Source: Sarea resinae (Eukaryota). Taken from it: a DNA stretch of 64,000 nucleotides. Within the stretch, counting starts at the first letter, position 1. Each line of letters starts with the position of its first letter. Where the stretch lies: assembly GCA_026026165.1 (NCBI GenBank), contig JAPEUD010000013.1:434001-498000 (forward strand), read 5' to 3'. Below, piece after piece: positions 1 to 11,879 of the stretch. A model generated the notes under the pieces. That model saw only the letters and a program-made list of their open reading frames with translations. It was not told the origin of the DNA and searched no databases. The position numbers and the translations under genes are program-made.

Positions 1-3000
1 AGGTATAAAAGACTATATAAAGATTACTAGCTTAACTAGACTAAGATATTTAAGCAGCTTCTATATTATTATAAGAGTATTATATCTTATAGTATTAAGA
101 CTATACTAGAGTATCTTATAGATTAGGATAAGTTTAAGAAATTACTGCTAAAAGATTACTCTAATTAGGATATAGAGTAGTAAATTAACTCTTAAGCTTA
201 CTTTAAAGCCTTTAAAAAGAAACTCTATTTAAATATAGAAGAGATCTATTAATATTATTATTAGTTCTAGAGTATCTCTTAAGCTCTATACTAGAAAAAC
301 AAGCTTAATACCTATACCTATATATTATAGTTTCTCTAAAGCCTTTCTTAAGATATCTAAGTTAAAGTTATTATATATAGCTATATTAACTTAGATAATT
401 ATAACTCTACTAATATTAACTTTAAGAAGATCTTTAATATTGCTATTAAATAATGTTAATCTATATAGGCACTATAAAAGCTAGATAAGACTAAGCTAAT
501 AAAGATAGTAAAAACCTTAATTAAAGGATAATATCTAGCTCTAAAGGCTATAGTAGTAGGACTACTCTAACCTCTAGTTATATAAGATTATATAGAAAGA
601 ATAATAAGTAAGAAGGTTAATAAGGTTATAGATAAATTAGTAGATAAGTTAGCTAGCTTAATAATTCTAATTAAGGTAGTTATAGCAAGTGCTATAAATA
701 TTACTAAGCTCTTTACTTAGATACTATCTTTTATCTTAAAAGCTATAAGCGCACTAAACTACTAGATTAGCTAGCAGAATAATAGAATAGATCTAGCTTA
801 TAATACAAACTATACTTAATTAACTAGGTGTTTTAGATATAGTGACTAACGCTATAGATTTGCTAATTGCTTATTAATATAGCAGCTCTTTATAAGTAGG
901 AAGATTTATTTTAATAAGCATTATTAAATATATTAGGGTCTTAAAAGGCAAGGTAGAATAGAGTTATATATTTCTCCTAGCAAATATTAAGCTCTCTTTA
1001 TTAATAGAGAATAGAAAAAGATATATAATAAGAAGAAGAAGTAACTAGGCCTTAGCTTAGCAGTTAACTTAGTAAGAGTTAGTTCTATTTATACAGTAGA
1101 TTTTAAACTAGATAATATAGATATAGAAGCTAATAATTATAACTAATTAAATATCTATTTAGTAAGATAACTTAAGAGAATCCTTAGATAAGGATCTAAC
1201 TCTAATATATAGAAACCTATATAGGACCTAGATACTAGAGTCTATAAGAGGCGAATTTAAGAGAAAGAAAAGTTACCTATAGCTAAGAATATCTACCTTA
1301 GAATATACTAGAGCAGTTGTGTTCTTAAGAAGAGAGATATAGTTTATTATAAAAAACAGCCTCTATAATATTCTAGCCTAGCTAGTAGTTCTAAGAAAAG
1401 AGTAGAGTTTACTAAGCTAGAGCTAATAGATAAGGTAGAGAAGATATATTAATAAAAGATTTATTAACGCTAATTATCTAATTACTTTAAAGAAGATACT
1501 AACCTTACTTCTCTTATTAATATAATACTAGATTAGTAGCTTAACTATATTATTATTAAGGATCTTCTTTTAAATACACCTAAAGTTTAGAAGCTTTTCT
1601 TTAAGAACCTTAGAGAAGAGTTATACTCTTTAGGTAGAAGATTAGAAGGTTATCTTATAGCTAGATAGTATAATATAGACTACCTAGTAATAGTTAAAAA
1701 GATAACAAGTAATAATTACACTAAGGAGAAAATACTAAATTCTATATTATATACTACTAAGTGTATAATAGTAGAAGTAAGTATTAAAAGAAAAGAGAAT
1801 ATAAAAGCACTATTAGATAGTAATACTAAGATATATCTAATAAGTCTATTAATAGCAAAGAATCTTAGGCTAAGTTAGACCTCTTAACTAGCTACTATAA
1901 TAATTAGCATTAAAAGAAAGCTAGCACTATTTATAGGATGCGCTAAAGATATTAAGGTTAATATTAGAGGTATTACTACTAGAGTGCCTATTTTTATTAC
2001 TACTTAACTAGATTAACTACTTATCTTTAATTAACCTTATTAGATTGCTACTTATATATACACTAAGATATAGGATAATAAAACAATAATATACACTATA
2101 TTCTTAGAGGACTAACATTATTTAAAGATATTTAGTGCAGTATAAGTAGGAAGTTTATCTAATAGAAGGTATACTAATATGTTCTCTAGCTAGAACTATT
2201 TAAACTAGATAGCAGACGCTATTCTAAGTAGGCGTTTGCTATAACTATAAGACTAATATAGTAAGGCTTAGAAGAAGAAGACAAGTAGAAACTAGATAAT
2301 ATAGTTAGAGATTTCTTTAGAATAGACTAAGAGAATAATAATTTAGTTAAAGAGTTTAAAGCGTTATATATAGGTTAAGAAGAAACTTACTAGTTTTCTA
2401 AGAGAATACCTAATCTAGAGTTAAATCTAAAAAGAGATATTAACTTAGCCTATATCTATATAATATATAAGAAAAAGAGAGATAAAGTTAGACTAGTTAA
2501 TACATTAGTATTAGATAGTAGTAAGCTTAGAAGAGTAAAAGACTAGAAAAGAGAGTTAGAAAAAAGAGATATATTAGGCTATAAAATATTACACAAAAAA
2601 GACCTAGACTGTTTAGAAGAAGACTTTAACACGTTATAAATTCTAAAGTTTTTAAAGTTGTAAAGAGAATCTTATATTACACTAGAGAGATTAGAGATAA
2701 TAGTTGTAAGAGATAATATATTAAATTAAGAAAAAGAGATGCTTACTACAATGCTTTATAACTATAAGAAGGCCTTTATATAGGACTTCTTAGAGATTAG
2801 CAAGGTCTAAAAAGAGGTAGCGCTACTATAAGAGATACAAACTATTCTATATACTACTTAGTAAGCTAATAGTTTTTTAGTTCTATAAGCACTAAACAAA
2901 GTAGTTATTAAAATGTTATAAGAGTAACTAAAGAATAGGCTACTAGAACACTACTACAGACTATACTAAAACCTATAGTTTCTAGTTAAGAAGAAGTCTA

Positions 3001-5117
3001 GAAAGTATTATATAGTTAATATAGTAATAGTAATAAACAAGGTTATAATTTAAGATATAAACCTCTTACCTTTAGTAAAAGAATTTTCTAAGGAATTTAC
3101 TAGCATATAAGTTGCTTTACTTATTAATTTCTTTTTAGGATATAATTAGATTAAACTTATAGAAGAATGCTAGGATATAACTGCCTTTATAACACCTCTA
3201 AGCTTGCTTTACTAGATAACTTTACCTTAAAGAGCTATAAACTTAGTAGTGTAATTTGTTTGTATTATTATAAAGATTCTTAGCAACTATATTCCTAATC
3301 TTACTTAACTTTTTCTAGATAATATTAGTGTTAAAAGGCCTTAATCTAACTATAGAGGCAAAGAAATTTTACTTAGAATTAAGCATTATATAGCTAAGTA
3401 TATCTAATCACTTAATAAGGTTCTAGTAGATATAGAGCGGTCTAGCTATATAGTATCTAGTAAGAAATCTTAATTCTATATAAGAGGTATTAAGATTATT
3501 AGCTATGTCTATAACTTAGATAACTAACACTCTAACAGCACTAAAGTGCTAAAGATTATTAAATAGCCTAATTATTAGAATGTTATAGAAGCTAAGGCTT
3601 TTATTAGCATATATATCTACTATAGAATCTTTATTAATAGGTTTGCTATTATTGCTAGGCTAATCTTTATTCTATTTAAAAAGGATAATAAGTTTATCTA
3701 GAGACCTAAGCAGGTTCTAGCTATAGATAAGCTAAAGTACACTCTTACTACTACACTAGCACTAGTAACTATATTATATAAACTAAGAGAAAGAGAGATT
3801 ATACTTAGAGTTAATACTAGTAGAGAAGGCTAGAGAGCGAACCTTATACAAGTTAATCTAAAGACTAGAAAAAAGCACTCTATTTAATTTAAAAGTAGAC
3901 TCTAGAATAACATAGAGAAAAGGTATAATATAGGAAAGTAAGAATGCTAAGGCCTATTAAAAGCACTAAAGAAAGTCTAAGTCTACCTATATAGTTAGAC
4001 CTTTATAGTAGAACTTAATACTAATACTCTAGTTATATAACTTAATATACCTATAGCTAACCTTTCTAGTGCTCTTATTATATAATAGCTTATATAGATC
4101 TGTCTTTTTAACTTTACTATTTAATATGTTCCTAGTTAAAAGCATAGTGCTACTAATAGATTATCTTATTAGCTAGCTACTATAGAAGATATTGCTAGTA
4201 TAGAGAATAAGGCAGATATTAACAATATAATAGACTTAGAGTTATACCTTGTTTAAGTCTTCTTTATATCTATAAATAGTGATAGTGTAGAGGTAGAACC
4301 TCTATTACCTCTTAAAGATAGTTATTTAAATAAATTACAGAAGATTATATAGTAGCTTCTTTCTCTAGCCTAGCTAGTAGAAATAAGCGCTAAAGAGTTC
4401 TATAAGTTTAAAAATCATGCTCTAAAATTCTTAGTTTAGGACTATTATTTATTTAAGCGTGCTTCTAAGAATATACTACTCTAATAAGTTATTAACTAAG
4501 ATATAAACAAGGCCTATATCCTAGAGAAAGCTTATAATTAAAGAAGACACTAAGGCTAAGAAGGCACCTATTAGTGTATCGCAGATAAATACTAGTAGAG
4601 CAATCTATATCTAGAAGTAGCAATATATATTAAGAGCTGCTAAAAGTGTTAGAAGAGAGCCTCTAAATAAGAAAAGAAGGCTTTGCACCTAACCTAGTCT
4701 TTTGCCTACTAGAAGAAGGTTAGCCTTAATATAATATATATACTAGCATGCTAGAATAAAAAGAACATTATTATAGCCTAAGATAATTTTTCTAGCTAGG
4801 TAGAAGCACACGCTATAAGAGACGCTACCTTTGCTACTATTACTAAATTCCTTTATAAGGATATTATCTGCTACTACAAATGCTTTTAGAAGCTAGTTAC
4901 TAATAGAGGACTAGAAAACAAGTAGTCTATATATGTTCTTATAAAGAAGTATAGAATTAATCACGTTATAGTCTTAGTATACTATTTATAAGTAAATAGT
5001 CTAGTAGAAAGAAGTTATACCTCTATTATTAACACACTAGCTAAGATAATAAACAAAGGTATAGGAAACTAGGTCTAGAACTTATATATAGTCCTATAGG
5101 CTAACTACACTATAGTT
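1..5117 (+). mobile_element. Ty3/Gypsy LTR retrotransposon relic, copy 1 (gag-protease, RT, RNase H, integrase; 3' truncated)
   Basis: Frame 1: gag with Zn-knuckle relic starting TGT at 829, and protease IKALLDS at 1801. Frame 3: YKKKRDKVR at 2466, RT motifs EFSKEF..LINFFLGYN (~3080-3150) and FLDNISVK (de-RIP FLDD, 3312), RNase H VNTSREG*R (~3810), integrase zinc region (~4545-4650) and core to ~5117. The order PR-RT-RH-IN defines Gypsy. Confidence 0.93.
2199..2242 (+). promoter_or_regulatory. Candidate -1 programmed ribosomal frameshift signal (T TTA AAC plus hairpin)
   Basis: Heptamer TTTAAAC at 2199-2205 is correctly phased in the gag-protease frame and directly followed by TAG. The RT frame is -1. 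A 12-bp stem ATAGCAGACGCT/GGCGTTTGCTAT (two G-U pairs, 10-nt loop) lies at 2209-2242. Confidence 0.72.
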
Positions 5118-6606
5118 ATTAGAAGTAGTCTACTAACTCTTTATCTACTAGATTATTCTTAAGACCTAGTTGTAAAGCTATAGCTCTAGTATAGTTCTAG
5201 TATAGTGTTCTAACTAGAGAGTCTCTTTATATAAGTCTCTTCTAAGTATAAAGAATTTGCAATGCTACCTTATTAGTTGCTTACTTTTTACTTATTATTA
5301 AGTTAATAAAATGTTTAGGCATTAGGTTAAAACAAGTACAGCCTTTTACTACTAGTCTATTAGCTAGCTTAATGTCTGTATCTTCTTCTAGTTTCTTATA
5401 GCTAAGCTAAGAGATAGGTAATATAGGTAGTAAATCTCTAGCTTATCTAAATTCTACTTTATCTATAGTAGTCTTCTTAGTAACTAGCTCTTTAAATAGC
5501 TCTTTATTATTTTTTATCTATAAACTATAGTTAGATTAGTTATCTATAGGATTATCTTATACTAGAGCCTCTTTTATAGTGTTCTCTTTCTTAGTATAAT
5601 ACTTTAGGATATTATATAGTCTAGTCTATACTAAGTCTGCTAAACATAGAACTCTATTAACATTAATTATACCTCTAACCTTAATAAGATCTTCTGTTGT
5701 AAATTAAAATAGCTTTAGTGTTATTCTCTTTTAAAGTTGCTTTACTACCTTAGCTAGTTGCTTCTAATCTCTTAAGGTTTGTTTAATAACTTTCTTAGAA
5801 AGGCCTTATTTACTTATCTTTAGAAGTCTCTTTATAGCTTTACTATTTGCTAGTTCTATTACTTTAGCAAATCTATACTAGGCTGTAATTGCTTTTATTT
5901 AATCTATATAATTTCGCAATATCTTAGCATGCAATATATAGACAGCCTAATTATATCTCTATTTGTTTTCTATTTTCTTATATCCTTTAGCAATACACTT
6001 ATTCTTATCTTAATATTCTTTAGCTAGCGCCTATATCTATAGAGATATAGCAGATAGATAATTATAAACATATATAGTAAGGATAGAGTCTCTAGCTAAT
6101 TTAGTCTTATTCTACTTATAAAGTTATAAATATTAGTTATAGTATTTAGATATTTTATTTGTAAAGGACTTATAAAAGGTAACCTTTATAGCAGTATTAG
6201 TAATCTCTCTAATATGCTAGTGTATTGTAGTAATATTATAGAACCTCTAACTCTAGATTATTAGGAACACTAACTGTTATATAACTCTAGTAGTGTTTAT
6301 TATATTATTTATTGTATCTTTTAGCCTAGCTAGCTCTTTTTCTTACTTAGGTATTTCTTAAGCAAGTAATAATAACAACTAAGTATTAATCTACTCCTAT
6401 ATATAGTTAGGTGATTCCTTAGCTAGTTTAGTCTAGCTATATACTTTAGAAGCTTGTCTTAGTCCTTTACCTTTAACTTCTTTATTAATAATAGAGAGGT
6501 TAAACTATATAGTAGAGGTAATAAAGAGGTCTTAGCTATTGCTTTTAGATAAGATTAATAGTAGCGCTAGAGTTCTTTCTTATATAGAGAGTTACTAGCT
6601 AGCTAT
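5118..6606 (-). pseudogene. Mutated long accessory ORF (~496 codons, 3' truncated) downstream of Gypsy pol, function unknown
   Basis: One frame reads as protein-like from a probable ATG>ATA at 6606 to the junction at 5118. All stops seen are TAA/TAG. Contains EKELARLKD, CTCF and de-RIP LCWNHTRA..QLGL segments. Confidence 0.7.
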
Positions 6607-9451
6607 TTTTAGCGATCTTTTATCTTCTAGACTATCTAGAAGATTAAAGAGAATAAACTATCTTAGGTTTAATAAATAATGTCTAAGTGTACTAATAAAT
6701 TTCTTCTAGCAATACTAGGAGATTTTTCGCTAGGAATTCTAAGAGATTATTATCTTATCTAATAAGTAAATAGCTGTATTCTAATTAGATAGAAGATAGC
6801 TATAATAAGGCTTTAGTTATTATCTAATAAAGTAAGAGATAATAAGTGCTAATAATAAGCAAGCTAATAGAATAAACAGAATAAGCAAACTAATAAGGTA
6901 AGAGTATAAATAAATGTTTAGTTACAAATCTAGATAAAGTAGCAGCAGTAAGCAGTTATAGATATAGAGAATATACAAATATTTAGGAAAGATAGAGGAT
7001 CTTACTAAGAGATATTCTCTTATAGTCTTTGCTTAGCAGTTATATAACTAGATTTCTACTAATAATTATTAGATATTAGTATTAAAAAAGTGTTATCTTG
7101 CTTTTCTTTATAGTGAATTTTAGCGTGTTATTAAGTTAAAGTAGTAGTAGTAGTATTAGTAATATGCTTAAGTAAGGTTCTTTATTACCTATATTACTTC
7201 TTTATTTACCCTTACTTTTAGGTGTGTTTTACACTAAAAAGTAAGGTAAAAGTGAGATAAGTTTAAGATAAGGTTAAGTAAGTAGTAAAAACAGTCTTTA
7301 TAACGCTAACTAAGGTAAATAGTAGTAGTAAAGCGAATATATAATGCTTATACAAGTTAAGAATACCTGCTATATAATTTTACTAACTTATAGTATTATT
7401 AAATTTAGATAGAGACTATATACTCTATAGTGTTACTCTTTAGGTCTAACTAAGAGATTAGGCTAGTAGAGTCTATTTTACCTTAATATAAGCTAAAGAA
7501 GTAAAGTAATATAATGTGTAATAAATTAGAAATATTATTGCAGATTATTAGGTATACTATGTTATATAATATAAGCTGCGCCTCTTATACTTCTAGCAAG
7601 GTAGACTATAGTTAAAAAGATCTAGCTAGATAAGATTATATATATATACACCTCTCTTTAGTTTCTTTTAGAACTTTTAGCTAGGCTAGAAAGTTTTATG
7701 CTATATAATTAGCTAAGGTAGAATAACAACAGCAAATAATCTTCTATAAAGCACTAAGGCCTATAAGGCCTTATATTCTTCCTAAGTTACTTAATTATTA
7801 TTATTATTAAGGTCTTTAGACTAAATATTAATAGTATTATCTGTTGACTTATCTTTAATCAGATAATTAAGTATAGAGGTAAGTAATTATACGTTTATAG
7901 CAGACTTAGGTAGAGAAGGTTAGTATATAAATTTCTTTAGATAATTTCTAAGTGCAGTGCTATTTAACTTAGCGCTGTTAAGTTTAGTAAGTTAGTAAGT
8001 TCCTTAGATAAGGTTAGTCTATATAATATAATAGAGATCTATCTACCTATAGCAGAGTTTGCTTTAAAGCAAATAGTCTATAGCAAGCTTAGTGTTATAA
8101 AGTAATACTATATTATTAACGTTAAATTTATCTAGGCAGAGATTATAAACTTTATTAAATGCTTCTTTACCTTATTTATATATATAGTGTAGATATAGTT
8201 AGGTCTCTTATAGGTCTTTATTACAGCGTTACATTTGCTAAGCCTATAATACTAGCAGTTCTATAGTAGTTTAGACTAAGTTTTAGTCTAATACATGCTA
8301 GGTAAGAAGGTCTAATTTAATAAGTAAGACTATGTTATATCTATATAGCACTTAATAAGGTGTCTAGCTAGTAGAGACTTAAACTGTAGTGCAGTTAGCC
8401 TATAGGACTATATATAAGTTTTAGACCTAATTTCCTATACCTCTATCTGTTATCTTAGCTAGCGCGTTAATAATAGAGGTATAACCTCTTTCTACTAGAC
8501 TATTTGCTTGTAAGTAGTATACTAAGACTATAACATAATTAATTCTATACTTCTCTATAAGAATATATATAGACTACTTATTCTATAGTCCTCTATTAGT
8601 AACTAGCTTCTAAAAGCATTTGTAGCAGCAAATAATATCTTTATAAAGGAATTTAGTAATAGTAGTAGAGGTAGCGTCTCTTATAGCGTGTGCTTCTACC
8701 TAGCTAGAAAAGTTATCCTAGGTAATAATAATGTTCTTCTTATTCTAGCAAGCTAGTATATATATTATGTTAAGGCTAACCTTCTCTTAGTAGGTAAAAG
8801 ACTAGGTTAGGTATAAGGCCTTCTCTTTATATTTAGAGGCTCTCTTCTAACACTCTTAGCAGCTTTTAATATATATTACTACTTCTAGATATAGATTGCT
8901 CTACTAGTATTTATTTGTGATACGCTAATAGGTGCTCTCTTTACCTTAGTATTCTCTTTAATTATAAGCTTTCTCTAGGATATAAGCTTTATTAGCGTCT
9001 TAGTTAATAACTCTTTAAAGTAGTATATTCTTAAAAGCACGCTTAAATAAATGTTAGTCCTAAACTAAGAATTTTAGAGCGTGATTTTTAAACTTATAGA
9101 ACTCTTTAGCGCTTATTTCTGCTAGCTAGACTAGAGAAAGTAGCTATTATACAATCTTCTATAATTTATCTAAGTATCTATTCTTAAGAAGTAATAGAGT
9201 TTCTATCTCTACACTATTACTATTTATAAATATAGGAAAGACTTAAACAAGGTATAACTCTAAGTCTATTACATTGTTAATATCTGTCTTATTTTCTATA
9301 TTAGCAATATCTTCTATAGTAGCTAGCTAATAAGATAATCTATTAGCAGCACTATACTTTTAACTAGGAATATATTAAACAATAAAGTTAAAAAGGTAGA
9401 TCTATACAAGCTATTAAATAATAAGAGTACTAGAAAGGTTAGCTATAAGTA
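5118..9451 (-). mobile_element. Ty3/Gypsy relic, copy 2 (end of RNase H, full integrase, 3' region with extra ORF)
   Basis: 8382-9451 is the reverse complement of 4048-5117 with mainly transition differences. It continues into the integrase C-terminus (de-RIP GNRLKKF ~7930-7950) and ends ...FAVVI near 7700. Assigning 5118-7690 to the same element is inferred from co-orientation and the absence of a visible boundary. Confidence 0.85.
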
Positions 9452-9479
9452 CTTAGGTGCTTAAGAGGTATATTCTAAC

Positions 9480-10900
9480 ACTAGTTTAAGACTAGCTTAG
9501 TATAGTCTTAAGGGTTCTATTACTATAGTATAGTATTAACACTGTCTTAATACAGTTTTATATTAGTTATAATACAGTCTTAAACTAAATTTTAGTGTTA
9601 AGACTATATAAAATTCTAATACTATCTTAACACAGGTTTATATTAGTTATAATACAGTGTTAAACTTATTCTAGCAGTTTAAGACTGTCTTTATACTGTC
9701 TTAAACTTAGGGTTAGTATTAAACGTACGTTTAAATTTAATACTATCTTAATATAGGTTTGTGTTAGTTATAATATAGTCTTAAACCTAGGCTCTAGTGT
9801 TAAGACTATATAGGATTCTATTACTATAATAAGACTAGTTTATAGTAGTTATAACACAGTCTTAAATTTAGCTGTAGTATACACTTATCTCTATATAGGT
9901 TTAAGTAGAGAACGACTCTATATCTAGCTGTATTAATATAGTCTTAAATTTAGCCTTAGTATACACTTATCTCTATATAGGTTTAAGTAGAGAATAACTC
10001 TATATCTAGCTGTATTAATATAGTCTTAAATTCAGCCTTAGTATGCACTTATCTCTATATAGGTTTAAGTAAAAAACAACTCTATATCTAGCTGTATTAA
10101 TATAGGCTTAAGTTTAGCAGTAGTATGCACTTATCTCTATATAGGTTTAAGTAGAGAACGACTCTATATTTAACTGTATTATCTGTATCTAACTGTATTA
10201 ACTTGATCTTAAATTTAGCTATAGTTAATAAGACGTTTGATAAAAGAAGTGCGAAAACTTATTTTACATAAAAAATTGTTAGATGTCTTAGAGTAAAGTC
10301 TGCCTTTAAGTACTCTAAAGTTTAGGTTAGTTTAAGTTAAGAACAACCTAGTCTTAAATCCTATCCTAGGTATCTAGCTGTATTAATATAGTCTTAAACT
10401 TAGCTATAGTGTGTATCTATCTTTAGGTTAGTTTAATTAAAGCATAACTCTATATCTAATTGCATTAATATAGTCTTAAATTCTGTCCTTAGTATCTAAC
10501 TATATTAATATAGTCTTAAATTTAGCTGTAGTATGTATCTGTCTCTAGGTTAGTTTAAGTTAGTAACAACCTAGTCTTAAATCCTATTCTTAGGTATCTA
10601 ACTGTATTAATACAGTCTTAAATTTAGCCTTTAGTATGTATTTATCTCTAGTAAGTTTAACATAGTATGTATTTGTCTCTAGCAGGTTTGACTTAGAGAT
10701 AGCTCTATATCTAACAGTATTAACACAGTCTCTAGCTAGGGCGTTAGTTCTAAAACTAATTGTAATTATTATACTATGTTAAGATAGGTTTGTATAGGTA
10801 ATAATACAGTCTTAAACCTATATATACAGTATTAAACCTAGCTCTTTATATCCTATTATCTTAGTACAAGCTCTTATTAGGAAAACAACAGTCTTAGACT
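9480..10900. repeat. Left subterminal repeat array, including an 82-bp tandem repeat (about 4 copies, ~9861-10190)
   Basis: Recurrent motif AATAYAGTCTTAAA. Unit starts at 9861, 9943, 10025 and 10107 give an 82-bp period. Confidence 0.9.
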
Positions 10901-11879
10901 AGGTTATAGCATTAGACGCAGTAGATATTAATTGCTAGTACGCACCTCTCTAGTAGTATTAATATAAAGTTAAGTAGGTGATTATATAGTTAGAAAACAA
11001 GTAATTTTTTCCTGTTTAGACACTCTACTTAGATGTTAAACACGCTATAGAAATTAAAACTAATACTAAAACCTATCTCTAACTAGCACTTAAACTAGGC
11101 TTAAAAACAGACTAAAACCTTTATAAACCACGCAATTACACTACTTAAATCCTAGACACATTTTATATAGCAAAACCTATCTGCTACCTTAGACCTAAAC
11201 CTATGTCTAGGCTACTAACTAGATATATTAGGCAGGTAATTAGATACTAGAACTGCTTGTTTAGTTGTGCAGATCTATATATACTTAAATTATCGCTTAT
11301 TATAGGCCTCTCTTTCCTTTTAGTTAGAGTAATTAGTGTAGTAATAGGATATTACTAGTTAAAATTGTTTAGTAGCGTTCCTCTAGCTTGTTATACTCTA
11401 AGAACAGTCGCTAGATATAGACCTATTGTATTAGACTCTATTGCGTTAGATTCTTTATAGCTAACACGTTATAGAGAGACAAAATAGACGCACTAAATTA
11501 GTGCTAAAGCAGAACACCTAGATAGTCCTAATAACTCCTTATATAGTTAATAAGATAGCTATAACAACTACTTAATAACCTACTACTAAGGCATAATTAG
11601 TAGAATAGTATAAAGCAAAGAGATTAGAAAGTGACTGCTCTTTTAGAAAGGAAGTAGTAAGAGAGCTCTTAATTAATTAATTTAACTAAAGAATAAAGAA
11701 CTGCTCTGCTTTTAAAAGCTGCCTAAAAAGCTAAACATAACTAAACTAATAAACTTTTCTAAATTAATCCTAACCCCTTAACATAATACTATCCTCTTTA
11801 AACTATATGCCCTAAGAACAATATATATAACTTGCTAACTAATCCTAACTAAACTATTCTAACCTATAACAACGTTAGA

